Sequence record: LC494302.1
Strand: one strand, 5' to 3'
Length of the DNA stretch: 64,000 nt
Position numbers and translations under genes: made by a program. The notes under the pieces were generated by a model. The model did no database searches. It worked only from the letters and a program-made list of their open reading frames with translations, and had not been told where the DNA came from. Numbering within the stretch: position 1 is the stretch's first letter; each line of letters begins with the position of its first letter. Positions 63,338 through 64,000 of the stretch are shown in pieces.

Positions 63338-63918
63338 AAGCAAAAGACTTAGCAGCACTGTTGTTGCAGAATCCTGAAATGGAAGTGTATCATGAGCACA
63401 TGCACATTGATGACATGTGTGACGCTTACTATTCACCAGAAAATGTGTCTGGTATTGAAATTACCCCTAGTGGAGTATTCATCAGTACTGAACGTATTGA
63501 TTATAATTCCCAGCAAGAAATCAAAACTCCACATAATAAACCTCGCATTGGTACAATTGACCTAGTATTTCATCAGGACCGTTTGGTGGAATATGATGAA
63601 GACGATGGTACTACCCGAACTGATGTTGAGAATGTTGTTTTTCGTTTTTATAATGCATACGAAGACCCAACTACTGGAGAAGATTTCTTCCGTGAGCTAT
63701 TAGAGGATGGAGAAGTTTATGGTCAGGATGGTACGGTTTTTGTACTGGACCCTAACTATGAGCCAGATCACAATACATGGCAATTCTATACACCAGAAGA
63801 TGTAATGGAAGTTAAAGTACTTATCGATATTGACGATAAATGGAATCCTATGTATACTTCAATGACATATGAAGAAGCCAAAGAATACTTCGTTTCTAAA
63901 CTAAACATTACAAAATAA
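63334..63918 (+). CDS. hypothetical protein (paralog of 61981-62598)
   Basis: MKAKDLAALLLQNP...ITPSGVF...YTPED. Confidence 0.8.
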   Translation: MKAKDLAALLLQNPEMEVYHEHMHIDDMCDAYYSPENVSGIEITPSGVFISTERIDYNSQQEIKTPHNKPRIGTIDLVFHQDRLVEYDEDDGTTRTDVENVVFRFYNAYEDPTTGEDFFRELLEDGEVYGQDGTVFVLDPNYEPDHNTWQFYTPEDVMEVKVLIDIDDKWNPMYTSMTYEEAKEYFVSKLNITK

Positions 63919-64000
63919 TAAGGATTCACAAATTTATGAAAATTGTTGCAAGTGCATGGATGAAACTACCAGATGGTACAACTGCTTTTGAAGAATATGG

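Noticed and set aside
4255-63436. Numerous 60-120 aa antisense or nested ORFs in the track (e.g. 4255-4461, 16590-16943, 24322-24648, 34839-35105, 57171-57359)
   Set aside because: Shadows of longer + strand genes with recognisable motifs; no SD or promoter support.
1-64000. CRISPR array, tRNA genes, integrase or transposase
   Set aside because: No regularly spaced repeats, tRNA T-loop/cloverleaf or recombinase motifs were seen.
1-64000. Stop-codon reassignment (as in some jumbo phages)
   Set aside because: Conserved enzymes are full length under the standard code and coding density is already very high.

Overview
AT-rich (~32% GC), densely packed, almost entirely + strand 64 kb segment of a lytic dsDNA jumbo myophage. 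The gene set (T4-like RnlA, PseT, DNA ligase, dCMP deaminase, PIN-PhoH, NrdD/NrdG, ClpP, Dps-like protein, spanins, TATAAATA late-type promoter) and the many small paralogous ORFs suggest the enterobacterial RaK2/GAP32/PBECO4-like group; this placement is inference. No tRNA, rRNA, CRISPR array, integrase or transposase was seen. Main unexplained signals: (1) two diverged copies of a ~600 nt intergenic, promoter-led, covarying structured RNA (5135-5730 and 60410-61030); (2) about 8-fold enrichment of the palindrome AGTACT in all codon frames (about 180 sites by manual count versus about 22 expected), in a window that also encodes an N6-adenine MTase of unknown specificity; (3) a NUDT16-like Nudix gene between Sir2 and a cREC gene; (4) a GH8/BcsZ-like glycanase behind a frameshifted structural gene; (5) an ACP-like protein with Trp in place of the phosphopantetheine Ser; (6) an FNR-like box at -41.5 of the nrdD promoter; (7) a recurrent non-canonical promoter class; (8) several expanded paralog families. 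All family calls come from motif recognition by eye; no database searches were run.
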